In this document: positions 51,801-60,170 of the stretch, piece after piece | Numbering within the stretch: the stretch's first letter is position 1 | Layout: each line of letters opens with the position of its first letter | Position numbers and translations under genes: made by a program | Notes under the pieces: model-generated | Database searches by the model: none | Seen by the model: the letters and a program-made list of their open reading frames with translations, nothing else | What the model was told of the DNA's origin: nothing | DNA from: an uncultured Gemmatimonadaceae bacterium | Lineage (GTDB): Bacteria; Gemmatimonadota; Gemmatimonadetes; Gemmatimonadales; Gemmatimonadaceae | Direction: 5' to 3' | DNA length: 64,000 bases | Assembly (NCBI GenBank): GCA_963790305.1 | Contig: CAWBOC010000010.1 | Coordinates: 384,001 to 448,000 of the forward strand

Positions 51801-52136
51801 GGCCCATCGTGTCGTGGCGACGCCGGCGCGATCGGTAATGTCCTCGAACCGCATCTGCCCCTTGTTGAGATACAGGCGGCTCGAGACCATGTTGCCGGCG
51901 AAGAAAATATCGGCGAGCCCATCGTTGTCGACGTCACCGATAGCGACGCCGCCGCCGTTATAGACGTAGGGGTCGGTCTGGACGTTCAGCGTATCATTGG
52001 TGGTGATGGTGTTCGCGAAAGTGACGCCGGTCTGCGCCGGGCTCAGGAGCTCGAACAGCGCTTCGTCGCTCCCGTCGCCGCCGCAGCCCCCGAACGATGT
52101 GAGCGCGAGGAGGAGCACACAGACGGGCCGGCTCAC
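48750..52136 (-). CDS. FG-GAP/VCBS repeat lipoprotein with central ASPIC/UnbV domain (two propeller regions)
   Basis: Many DxDxDG..D repeats; HFGLG...LEVRWPDG. Confidence 0.9.
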   Translation of the reverse strand: MSRPVCVLLLALTSFGGCGGDGSDEALFELLSPAQTGVTFANTITTNDTLNVQTDPYVYNGGGVAIGDVDNDGLADIFFAGNMVSSRLYLNKGQMRFEDITDRAGVATTRWATGASMVDINDDGYLDIYVSVSGPAWTPPEHRANLLFINNGNRTFTEAASQYGLADVGFTTHAVFLDYDRDGCLDVFLLTNSPQDFFRGVTNQPAALRGQTPDSYNQLYRNPCRGEKGGRFTNVSDAAGILRKAGYGLGAVSADLNRDGWPDIYVSNDGPPNDVVYVNNGDGTFTDKADRWLKHASAAGMGIDIADFNNDGHPDILQVDMMPRDLDRRKRMSGFATYGSFQEWRRRGFRYDYSLNTLQLSNGVTTEGNVSFSEISRLAGVAHTDWSWSALFADFDNDGHKDIFIGNGYPKAVIDLDYLNALFALGRRNDAGTVRAARALLQGLHGYEEPNFIFRNAGDLTFIDKTRAWGMDRPSYSYGAAYADLDNDGRLDLVVSNIDAPAFIYHNVAPNDDAHHYLNVELKGESPQRATGATLTLTAAGQKQHLYYNPYRGFMSTVDPRAHFGLGRARRVDSLEVRWPDGRAQVLTGLDVDRLVTVRQIDARLTNDTTDVKDRRRWFEPIEGVPYTHQLGTSVDYSVQPLLPYMISRQGPALAVGDVDGDTLEDVFVGGGGGLAGTLFMQRKDGSFVESARAQPWDADKQHEDWGATFFDANADGRLDLYVASGGYQLAPSSPLLQDRLYINHGGGRFVRDTGALPVMLTSTSTVRAGDFNGDGRPDLFVGGRLTPRQYPYPTRSYLLRNDGGRFSDVTEQVAPQLVEPGGMITDAVWGDFDGDKRLDLVTVGEWMPIQFHRNDGSTLRNVTSATRRPSLRGWWYSLAAADFDSDGRSDLIAGNLGLNHTYTALKDSAFGVYANTFTGNQTTDVVLTKKIDGIEYSLGGLAPVGRAIYQTALKFPTYGSFARATISQLFSAAQLRQALHYEADTFASVFLRNDGGGTFSVSRLPTLAQISPVRAIVVHDVDGDGHRDVILAGNLYDTEPNTPRADAGNGLWLRGDGRGHFAPVPASESGFLAPLNVAGLALIDTPAGKALLVANTGDSLQTFAIRGARGARGAKRAKGAEGSPQRP

Positions 52137-53689
52137 GGTGTGGGGGCTGGCTTGACCGGCATTCTGTTCTCGAACAGAAGGACCGGATCGCGCTCCGTCG
52201 CAAGCTGCCGTCTGCCGCCCGGCCGTTGAAGGGCACCAACGTTCTGCAGATCCATGGCGCCGATGAGGACATCCAGCCGACCGTCTCGATTCAGATCGGC
52301 CGTCGCCGTGAGGCTCCAGCGATTGGCGGAGGCGATGCTGAAGGCGTAGGGCTGAAAGACGTATCGGCCAGCGCTCTCGAGGAACATGATGCCGCGCTCG
52401 GGATGGCGATCGAAATCCGCGAACGTGCTCGTGGCGAGAATGTCCAGGTCGCCGTCCCTGTCGAAATCAGCGACTTCCGCTCGAGCGGCTCCGTACACGG
52501 GGAAGAAGAAGCGCTCGCGGAAGCTGTTGTCGCCCTCGTTTTCCAGGATCCGAACGCCATGGTACGGCTTGAGCACGCGCGAAAAATCGAAGTTGTCGCC
52601 ATTCACGTAGACAATGTCGAGGCGTCCGTCTCCGTTGAAGTCGTGCATCGCAAAATACATCGAGCCGTACACGGGCGGAAAGCGCGCCAGTATCCGAGGC
52701 CGTGTGGAGAAGCGCCCTCGTCCATCATTTTCGTACAACACGATCCGCTCATCCCCCTGCGCGAGAAGGGCGACGATGTCCGGCGAACCGTCTCCGGTCA
52801 TGTCACGTATCTCGAATCTGATGGCGCCGGGGCTTGAATCGAGTATTCGTCGTTCATACCCCGACCCGTCGTTGCGATAGAGTGCAAGACGCCCACGGTT
52901 ATTGCCGTATTCGCAGATGAGAACGTCGTTGCGCCCGTCCCGGTCGAAATCGAACTGCTGGACGAACACGGGTCTGAACAGCGAGTCGATGAGAACTTTG
53001 CCGAGGCGAAGGGAATCCGTGCCGACAAAGTCGTACCGCACGAGCCTGCCCCTCGGCTGATCGTTCGGATCGAGAATTCCGGATTCGAGAATCAGGACGT
53101 GATCGCGCTCGACAATGACATCCGTCGGTGCGCTGGCTAACGGGAGCGACGAGAGGAGATGCCGGTCCCAGTCGAAGATCCGAAAGCTGTTACTGCCGGC
53201 CTCGCCGACGAAGATGCGCTTGCGTGTGGTATCAGTCTCGAGAAGCGTGATGATCGCGCTGCTTTGCATCCGCGGGACGAAGGGACCTATCCGGAAAAGA
53301 TCCGGGTCCACCTGTGGCTCGGCTGGCAGAGACTGATCCGGTAACGAGTCGGGAGCGCCCTCGCGATAATACCGAACGATCTTCGCCCACGATTCCTCCG
53401 ACGCTCCCTGCGTAAGGACCAACATGTGCGGAGTGCTCATGCTTTCATTGAGCGACGAGTCCGCGCTCACCCCAAGCCGCGGTGCCATCGCCGGCAACAC
53501 GCCGGCTTGCCACGTTGTCTTGTCCAACAGCTGCGGCTCCGGAAATGCGTGGCAGGCCGCGCAATATGCACGGGCGAGCCGTTCTCCGTCTGCGCCATTC
53601 GGTCGCTCGCAGCCCACGAGGGCAAAGCTCAACAGCGTCAGAAAGCACACCCGGATCGGGCAGGTCACGCGCGCGAGCTCCTCATTCAT
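52133..53689 (-). CDS. Cytochrome c (CxxCH) plus FG-GAP repeat lipoprotein
   Basis: Lipobox LVGC, YCAACH, DFDRDG/DMTGDG/DFNGDG/DLNRDG repeats. Confidence 0.85.
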   Translation of the reverse strand: MNEELARVTCPIRVCFLTLLSFALVGCERPNGADGERLARAYCAACHAFPEPQLLDKTTWQAGVLPAMAPRLGVSADSSLNESMSTPHMLVLTQGASEESWAKIVRYYREGAPDSLPDQSLPAEPQVDPDLFRIGPFVPRMQSSAIITLLETDTTRKRIFVGEAGSNSFRIFDWDRHLLSSLPLASAPTDVIVERDHVLILESGILDPNDQPRGRLVRYDFVGTDSLRLGKVLIDSLFRPVFVQQFDFDRDGRNDVLICEYGNNRGRLALYRNDGSGYERRILDSSPGAIRFEIRDMTGDGSPDIVALLAQGDERIVLYENDGRGRFSTRPRILARFPPVYGSMYFAMHDFNGDGRLDIVYVNGDNFDFSRVLKPYHGVRILENEGDNSFRERFFFPVYGAARAEVADFDRDGDLDILATSTFADFDRHPERGIMFLESAGRYVFQPYAFSIASANRWSLTATADLNRDGRLDVLIGAMDLQNVGALQRPGGRRQLATERDPVLLFENRMPVKPAPTP

Positions 53690-53725
53690 GTTCCGATGCG
53701 CCAGGGCCACAGCCCGCTGAACTGC

Positions 53726-53793
53726 CGAATGACACGAATGCTACGAATCAACACGAATTACGAGCGGGCGCAATTCGTGTCATTCGTGTTATT
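53726..53793. repeat. (ACACGAATn)n ... (ATTCGTGT)n nonamer inverted element
   Basis: cgaatgacacgaatgctacgaatcaacacgaatt ... aattcgtgtcattcgtgttatt. Confidence 0.75.
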
Positions 53794-53873
53794 AAGCCGT
53801 TCAGGGAGTTCCGTGGCCCGGCGAGTGGACATCGGCTGTTGCGTGACCGCATGACCCGCCACAGTTTGGCTGC

Positions 53874-54173
53874 GTGACGAACGATCCCCACGCAGGCCTC
53901 CGCGACAGAGTTCTCCAGCGCGTGCTTCAGGGCACCGGCGACACGGATCCCGCGATCCGCAGGGCCGCCGCCGAGGGAAAGGGTGTGCCCGCCGAGCTTC
54001 AGGCGCTGGTCGACAAGATTCACCGCCATGCGTACAAGGTGACTGACGAGGACTTCGCGCGCCTTCGGGCGGAGTACGAGGACGATCAGCTCTTCGAGGT
54101 CGTCGTGAGTGCCGCGCTTGGGGCTTCGCGAAACCGCTTGCTGGCGGGCCTCGAGGCATTGGACGACGCATGA
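53874..54173 (+). CDS. Small Cys-free AhpD/CMD-fold-like protein
   Basis: VDKIHRHAYKVTDEDFARL..YEDDQLFEVVVSAALG resembles the CMD C-terminal half; ATGA overlap with the next gene. Confidence 0.7.
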   Translation: MTNDPHAGLRDRVLQRVLQGTGDTDPAIRRAAAEGKGVPAELQALVDKIHRHAYKVTDEDFARLRAEYEDDQLFEVVVSAALGASRNRLLAGLEALDDA

Positions 54174-54748
54174 GACTTCACAAAGTGCACACCGGACATC
54201 GCCTTCGCGACAAGGCGATGCTGCGTCTCATGCAAGTGGTGATGGGGCATGCGCCCGGCGTCGTGCGAACGTTGCGCTACCGGAAGGAATTCTTCGGGCA
54301 GGCGTTCTCCGAGCTCACGCAGCAGGTGATGCGCGGTCCTTCACCCTGGAGCGTCGGCGAGCGCGAGACGTTCGCCGCGTTCGTCTCACGCCTCAACCAG
54401 TGCGTCTTTTGAACGAACGCGCACTCCGCGGTCGCGGAGGCGGCGCTCGGTGACGGCACCATGCGGCTCATCCTGGAGGACTATCGGACAGCGCCCATCG
54501 ACGAGAAGCTGCGCGCGATGCTCGCGCTGCTCGAGACGTTCACGCTCCATCCCGAGCAGCTGACCGCTGCGAAAGTTCGCGAGGTGCTGGCGGCCGGCGT
54601 CACGCGCGAGGGAATTCGCGACGCATTCTATGTCGCATTCCTCTTCAACACGTATGACCGGCTCGCCGACACTCTCGGGTGGGAGCTTCCGGACGAGGGC
54701 TACTACCTCAAGGCTGGGCGGTTCTTGTTGAAGAAGGGATACATGTAA
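54170..54748 (+). CDS. AhpD/CMD-family peroxidase-like selenoprotein (CxxU; TGA at 54410-54412), 192 aa with read-through
   Basis: ORF-track pieces 54170-54412 and 54461-54748 are in one frame: GERE..AAFVSRLNQCVF[TGA]TNAH. TGA occupies the second Cys of NxCxxCxxxH. Confidence 0.8.
54420..54442 (+). promoter_or_regulatory. Putative bacterial SECIS hairpin
   Basis: cgc-a-ctccgc-GGTC-gcggag-gcg; 17 nt separate the TGA from the apical loop. Confidence 0.65.
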
Positions 54749-54845
54749 GAGGCGCTAGAGGCGCTAGAGGCGCTAAAGGCGCTGAAGGCGCTAGCAACTG
54801 CGCGCCTCTAGCGCCTCTAGCGCCTCTAGCGCCTCTAGCGCCTCT
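54748..54845. repeat. (GGCGCTAGA)n ... (TCTAGCGCC)n element between convergent genes
   Basis: About five units per arm. Confidence 0.92.
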
Positions 54846-56391
54846 TCACCAAGGGATCTGCGGCGAGCGGTAGTAGTTCACCCCGAGAAAATTCCAGCGA
54901 GGCGCGTGCGCCGCGATACGCACACGAAAATCATCCCACCGCCGGGCTGACTGCGGAGACCAGCCGACTTCGGAGAGAGCAGGGAGCCGGGGCATCGCCA
55001 GGAACTGTACTGCGGTGATGTTGCGCAGCGTCTCGCTCCAGATCGGCCCTTCCACGCCCACGATATTGCTCTCCGTCACGCCCGCCTGGTACGTGGCCGG
55101 ATCCCAATTGTAAACGTCACTGACCTCGATGATTGCCGCCCACGTGAGTCCGAGCTCCGTGGTCGCCGTGTATTTCATGTCGAGGTACGCTTTCTTGGAG
55201 GGTGACATGATCAGCTTGGCGCCGGAGCGGAGCGCGAGGACGGCCGAGTCGCTCTTCCATTGCTGTGCGAGCGTCGTTGGGCGGAGCCGGGCCTTTCCGA
55301 TCTCCTCCCAACCCACCATCTCCTTCCCGTGCCGTACGACGATGTCCTGTACGCGCTCGACGAACTTGATGTAGTCCTCGTGCGTCAGCACCTCGACCTC
55401 ATCGCCGCCGATGTGGATGTACCGGCCGGGCGTCAGCGCGGCGAGCTCGCGAATGACGTCGTCGATGAGCGCGTAGGTCTCTTCCTTGTTGGGGCAGAAT
55501 GCGCTCCAGCCGACCTCGGTGCGCGTGTACAGCGCGGGGGGAATGCGGCTGCAGCTCAGCTCCGGGTGCGCCACGAGGGCAGCGTTCGTGTGGCCCGGCA
55601 TGTCGATCTCGGGGACGATCGAGATGTAGCGCTCCTGGGCGTAGCGAACGATGTCGGCGTACTCTGCCTGCGTGTAGAATCCACCGGGCCCGCCGCCCAC
55701 CTGCGTCACACTTCCCAGCTCGGCGAGCCGGGGCCGGGACTTGATCTCGATTCGCCACCCCTGATCGTCGGCGAGATGCAGGTGCAGGACGTTCAGCTTG
55801 TAAAGCGCCAGGATGTCGATGAACTGTTTCACCTCGTCGACGGTGAAGAAGTGCCTCGCGACATCGAGCATCGAGCCCCGCCATGCGAAGCGCGGCTGAT
55901 CGACGATGGTCACAGGGGGAACGACCCACGCGCCGTTGGTGCGCATGTCCGATTCGATCGCCGGTGGCATCAGCTGCCGGAGCGTCTGCATGCCACGGAA
56001 GAGGCCCGCCGCGGTACCGCTGATTCGAATCGAGTCACGTGTGACGGTGAGCTCGTAGGCCTCGCCGGTCGCGCTGGTGTTCAGTCGGAGCGCGATGGCG
56101 CCGGCCCGCGTTGCATCGCCGCCAACGGGAATCGGGTATCCCGTCGCCGGCCGCAGCAACGCCGCGAGCATCTCACCCGTTCGCATAACCTCCGCGACGT
56201 TCGTGAGCAACGATCGAGGTCGTCGAGTCGAGCCGGAATGGCTCGCCCTGGTTCGCTCTGATCGAAACTGGCGCGGGTACGATGGTGTGAGCCGCGCGCG
56301 TTGGGGAGACGGCTCCCGGCTGGCGCGGCCCGGGGCAGCCGGCGAGCGCGAAGCTCAGCACCAAGGCTCCCAGAATGCGGTGAGGGTTCAT
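54846..56391 (-). CDS. GH20 beta-N-acetylhexosaminidase lipoprotein; frameshift near 56212
   Basis: Lipobox LAGC in the upstream frame; RGSMLDVARHF, HLADDQGWR, PEIDMPGH, HIGGDE, WSE. Confidence 0.92.
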
Positions 56392-56414
56392 GTCGGTACG
56401 ATACGGGAAACCGT

Positions 56415-56522
56415 GGCGCTGGAAAAGCGCTGAGGTCGCCGGGCAAGCGCTGAGGGCGCTGGGCAAGCGCTAATGAACCCCAGCGCTATTCCAGCCCTTT
56501 TCCAGCGCTACTCCAGCGCCCC
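56415..56522. repeat. Degenerate (AGCGCTGnn)n inverted repeat element
   Basis: ggcgctggaaaagcgctgag...gggcaagcgct ... cagcgctattccagcccttttccagcgctactccagcgcc. Confidence 0.65.
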
Positions 56523-57378
56523 TGGTTCTTCGAAGATCGATCCATTTAGCGACGGGACCGACCAATGCCAACGCCAGGAACGCCGGCGCCGCATTGAACG
56601 CAACTGGCAGTGGCGCTCCCTGATCGGACGCGAAGCGAATCAACATCTCCATCACCGCGATCAGGATGGCCACCGTGATCTGCCGCCGCCGCCCGCGCAC
56701 GATGGTGCGCGGATCGGTGATCATGAAGAAGATGAACAGCTGGTACATCGGGCCGGTAATCGGGGCGATCTCGGGCAGTACCGGCAAGCCGAGCACGCTC
56801 GCCCGCAGGCTGTTCAGGATGAGGAAGCTCGCGACGTACGTCAGCGTGATATGCAGCACGCCGACCCGCGCGGCGATGATCAGCCCGAACACCCAGATCA
56901 CCAGATTGGTGATCACGTCGTTGCCGAACTGGTGGCTGAGCACCGAGACGCGGTCGGGCGCCAGGAGCAGCAAAGCGGTGACCGCGAAGTTCGTGGGGTT
57001 CCACAGGTGGTTGTCGCGATAGCGCAGGACGTACTTCGACGAAATCGCGAGGAAGCCGCCGAGGGCGAAGGGCCAGAGCGCACCTCCCTGTGGCTTGACG
57101 AGCAGCGTTAGGCTGATCCCACTGATATAGGCGCTGAGGAGGTTGGCGACCCGGCCGCGGTCGAACACCGACAGCAGCGCCTCGGTCGCCACGCACACGG
57201 ACAGCGCGAGGAGGAGCCGGTCGTAGCTGCCGAGCATGTGGTAGCGGAGCTGCGCCGCCACCAGCACCAGCGTGATGAGAAACGCGATGAGGTAGCGCGG
57301 ATCGAGATGGCGTGCGCGATCCCATGAGGTGACGACGGCGTTCGGTGGCGCGGCGGTCGCCTGCGTCGCGTCGTTCAT
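56470..57378 (-). CDS. UnbU/RnfD-NqrB-like integral membrane protein
   Basis: AISSKYVLR...HLWNPTNF, LFIFFMITDPRT; multiple TM helices; directly downstream of the UnbV-like gene. Confidence 0.8.
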   Translation of the reverse strand: MNDATQATAAPPNAVVTSWDRARHLDPRYLIAFLITLVLVAAQLRYHMLGSYDRLLLALSVCVATEALLSVFDRGRVANLLSAYISGISLTLLVKPQGGALWPFALGGFLAISSKYVLRYRDNHLWNPTNFAVTALLLLAPDRVSVLSHQFGNDVITNLVIWVFGLIIAARVGVLHITLTYVASFLILNSLRASVLGLPVLPEIAPITGPMYQLFIFFMITDPRTIVRGRRRQITVAILIAVMEMLIRFASDQGAPLPVAFNAAPAFLALALVGPVAKWIDLRRTRGAGVALEKGWNSAGVH

Positions 57379-57382
57379 GGCG

Positions 57383-59146
57383 TCAGCGCTCTGGTTCCGT
57401 GACCGTCACGATGCGATCGATCGGTGGGCGTGTCAGGATCTGACGCCCTCCCGAAGGCCACTCGATGACGACGCGATCCACCCACTCGCGAGCGCCAAGC
57501 CCGAAGTGCAGGCGGCGATCGTTCTGGCTCGCGAACCCGGATCCACCGTCGACAACCCGCCGCTGCGCCAGATCTCCAGACTCGAGCAGCACCTCTGCGC
57601 CAATCGCGCTGCGATTGCTTCGTGTGCCGATGAGGTGGAAGCCGATCCAGTGGTTGGCGCTGTCGGGATAGCCGCGATAGAGAATGGCGGGCTGGTTCTG
57701 GTTCGCGACGATCACGTCGACCGTGCCACGATTCGAGAAATCGGCGAGCGCCACCGCGCGACCGTCGTAGAGGTCCGTCACGCCGACGTGTTTCGCGACG
57801 TCTATCCAGCCGGCGACGCCGCGATTGAGGTACACACGCGACGGCTCATAGCCGGACAGGCTTGCGTTGCCGAAGGGAGGCCAGGTGGCTGCATCCTCGA
57901 AGAAGCGTGCGTTGGCCCCGGCGATCTTCGACATCGAATACCAATAGTTCTGCTCACGATTCGCCGAGATGAAGCCGTTGGCGACGAAGAGCTCATTGGT
58001 GCCGTCGTTGTTGAGGTCGCCGAACTGTGCACCCCATGCCCAGCCGGCGTCCGCGATGTCACCCTCGGCGATATTGCGGAAGCGGCCCGCCTCGCGCATT
58101 TGATTGAGGCGCAGGTTGTTGTTTTGAAAGAGGTAGCCCCGCTCGGAGATGTTGGTGACGAACGCGTCGAGGCGGCCGCGGTTGAACGCATCGCCCAGCG
58201 TCACCGACATCCCGCTCTTGGATTCGCTCTCGAGGCCGGCGGTGGTGAGGATGAAGCGTCGCCCGTTGTCGTTCAGGTACAGCTCCTCCGGGCCATAGTC
58301 GTTGGCCAGGTAGATGTCGGGCCAGCCGTCGGCGTTGAAGTCGGCTGATGCCGCCGCCAGCGTCCACCGCGTGCTCCCGACTCCCGCCTTGTCGGTGACG
58401 TTTTCGAAGCGCGCGCCGCCCAGGTTGTGAAAGAGGAGGTTCTTCCCGCCGTTCGTGGCGAACTCGAAGCTGTCGTGCATGATGCGCGTCGTCGTGAGGT
58501 GCCACAGATCGACGTCGCGGAAATAGGCCGTGACATAGAGATCGAGCAGGCCGTCGCGATCGTAGTCGAGCCAGATCGCGCCATTGCTGTTCACCCACCG
58601 ACGCAGCCCGGCCTGCGTCGTGATGTCGTCGAAGCGACGGCCATCGATGTTCCGGTAGAGCGCGAGATACCCGTAACGGTAGACGAGCACGTCTTCGCGA
58701 CCGTCGTTGTCGATGTCGCCCCAGACCGCGCCCATCGACACGCCGTCTCCTGGGCGGTTGACGTCCGCCAGCCCCGCAGCCGTGGCGACATCCTCGAACG
58801 TGCCATCGCCGCGGTTGCGGTAGAGCGCGTTAGGCTCGCCGAAACGGCTGTTGGTGAAATACAGGTCGACGTTGCCGTCGCCATCGAAGTCGGTGACGGA
58901 CACCGAGGCGCCGAGTGCGGCGACGTGGGGCTCGATCCCAGCGATCTTCGGGTCGAACGTCGGGCGGCGGTGAACGAAGTGAATGCCGGCGTTCGCGGTC
59001 TCATCCTTCAGCACGAACCCCGGGCGCGCGGCATCTGCGAGCCCGGGGCGCGGCCCGTGGTTCAGCCGCATCGCCAGCAGAAGCGCGGCGACGAAGGGGA
59101 CGGCCATGATGGCACGCCTAACGCTGGGACGAGGCCGCTGTGGCAT
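57383..59146 (-). CDS. CRTAC1/ASPIC-UnbV family FG-GAP protein
   Basis: FG-GAP repeats; GWAWG..FGDLNNDG, SNRSAIGA, GSGFASQN..RLHFGLG, WPSG. Confidence 0.9.
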   Translation of the reverse strand: MPQRPRPSVRRAIMAVPFVAALLLAMRLNHGPRPGLADAARPGFVLKDETANAGIHFVHRRPTFDPKIAGIEPHVAALGASVSVTDFDGDGNVDLYFTNSRFGEPNALYRNRGDGTFEDVATAAGLADVNRPGDGVSMGAVWGDIDNDGREDVLVYRYGYLALYRNIDGRRFDDITTQAGLRRWVNSNGAIWLDYDRDGLLDLYVTAYFRDVDLWHLTTTRIMHDSFEFATNGGKNLLFHNLGGARFENVTDKAGVGSTRWTLAAASADFNADGWPDIYLANDYGPEELYLNDNGRRFILTTAGLESESKSGMSVTLGDAFNRGRLDAFVTNISERGYLFQNNNLRLNQMREAGRFRNIAEGDIADAGWAWGAQFGDLNNDGTNELFVANGFISANREQNYWYSMSKIAGANARFFEDAATWPPFGNASLSGYEPSRVYLNRGVAGWIDVAKHVGVTDLYDGRAVALADFSNRGTVDVIVANQNQPAILYRGYPDSANHWIGFHLIGTRSNRSAIGAEVLLESGDLAQRRVVDGGSGFASQNDRRLHFGLGAREWVDRVVIEWPSGGRQILTRPPIDRIVTVTEPER

Positions 59147-59221
59147 ACGTCAGAGTATAGCCTCCGGCCTTTTCGAGCGCGACGGCTCTGTTTCACCCGA
59201 GGCCCTTGACGTAGATCGCGA

Positions 59222-60073
59222 GTGAGGTTCACTCATGTCGCCATGCATCGCATGCTCGCTGCCAGCCTTTCGATCGCCTTCGCGGTCGCCGCCTGCACGA
59301 CAGCGCCCGGTGGCGCGCCACCGACGGAGTGGACCTTGGCGTGGAGCGATGAGTTCAGCGGGCCCACGGGTGCGGCCGTCGATCCTGCGAAGTGGGTTGC
59401 CGACACCGGAGGGCACGGGTGGGGGAACCAGGAGCGGCAGTACTACACGCCCGGCCCCGCGAACGCCTCGCTCGACGGAAGCGGACATCTCGTCATCACG
59501 GCACGTGTCTCCACGGATTCCTCGCGGCACTGCTGGTACGGCGTCTGTGGCTACACCTCAGCGCGGCTCAAGACCAAAGGCCTGTTCGAGGCGACATACG
59601 GCCGCTTCGAGGCGCGGATTCGAGTCCCGCGAGGGCAGGGAATCTGGCCGGCGTTCTGGATGCTCGGCGCCGACATCGATCAGGTGGGCTGGCCGCAATG
59701 CGGCGAGATCGACGTGATGGAAAACATCGGCCGGGAGCCGAGCATCGTACACGGGACGGTGCACGGCCCCGGATACTCGGGCGCCAGTGGGATCAGCGGT
59801 GCCTACACGCTGACGAGCGGAGCGTTCGCCGACGACTTCCACACGTTCGCCGTCGAGTGGTCCGCTAGCGAGATACGCTGGTTGATCGACGGCGCCGAGT
59901 ACCGGCGCCTCACATCAGCCGGGCTTCCCTCCGGAGCGCCGTGGGTCTTCAACCACCCGTTCTTCATGCTGCTGAACGTCGCCGTCGGCGGAGCATGGCC
60001 GGGCGATCCGGATGCGTCGACGCCACTGCCGCAGCAAATGGTGATCGACTACGTGAGAGTTTATAGGCGCTAG
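59222..60073 (+). CDS. GH16 glycoside hydrolase (laminarinase-like) lipoprotein; start may be a downstream Met
   Basis: WSDEF, GWGNQERQYY, YTSARL, GIWPAFWM, EIDVME, LNVAVGG. Confidence 0.93.
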   Translation: MRFTHVAMHRMLAASLSIAFAVAACTTAPGGAPPTEWTLAWSDEFSGPTGAAVDPAKWVADTGGHGWGNQERQYYTPGPANASLDGSGHLVITARVSTDSSRHCWYGVCGYTSARLKTKGLFEATYGRFEARIRVPRGQGIWPAFWMLGADIDQVGWPQCGEIDVMENIGREPSIVHGTVHGPGYSGASGISGAYTLTSGAFADDFHTFAVEWSASEIRWLIDGAEYRRLTSAGLPSGAPWVFNHPFFMLLNVAVGGAWPGDPDASTPLPQQMVIDYVRVYRR

Positions 60074-60170
60074 AGGCGCTAGAGGCGCTAAGGCGCACTG
60101 AAGCGCGCTAACGGCGCTGAAGGGGTTCACCCCTGGCGGCTTCAGCGCCGTCTAGCGCCTTTAGCGCCTC
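60065..60170. repeat. (GGCGCTAGA)n ... (TAGCGCC)n element between convergent genes
   Basis: aggcgctagaggcgctagaggcgctaaggcgc ... ttcagcgccgtctagcgcctttagcgcct. Confidence 0.88.

Noticed and set aside
54410..54460. Two separate genes or a nonsense pseudogene at the AhpD locus
   Set aside because: The stop sits exactly at the catalytic Cys position, the conserved His follows in frame, and a SECIS-like hairpin is present; not formally excluded without sel genes.
56470..59146. Enediyne biosynthetic cluster
   Set aside because: No PKS, thioesterase or UnbL gene in the window.
48726..60170. GGCGCTAGA repeats as a CRISPR array
   Set aside because: Units are 9 nt, directly adjacent and inverted, with no unique spacers and no cas genes.
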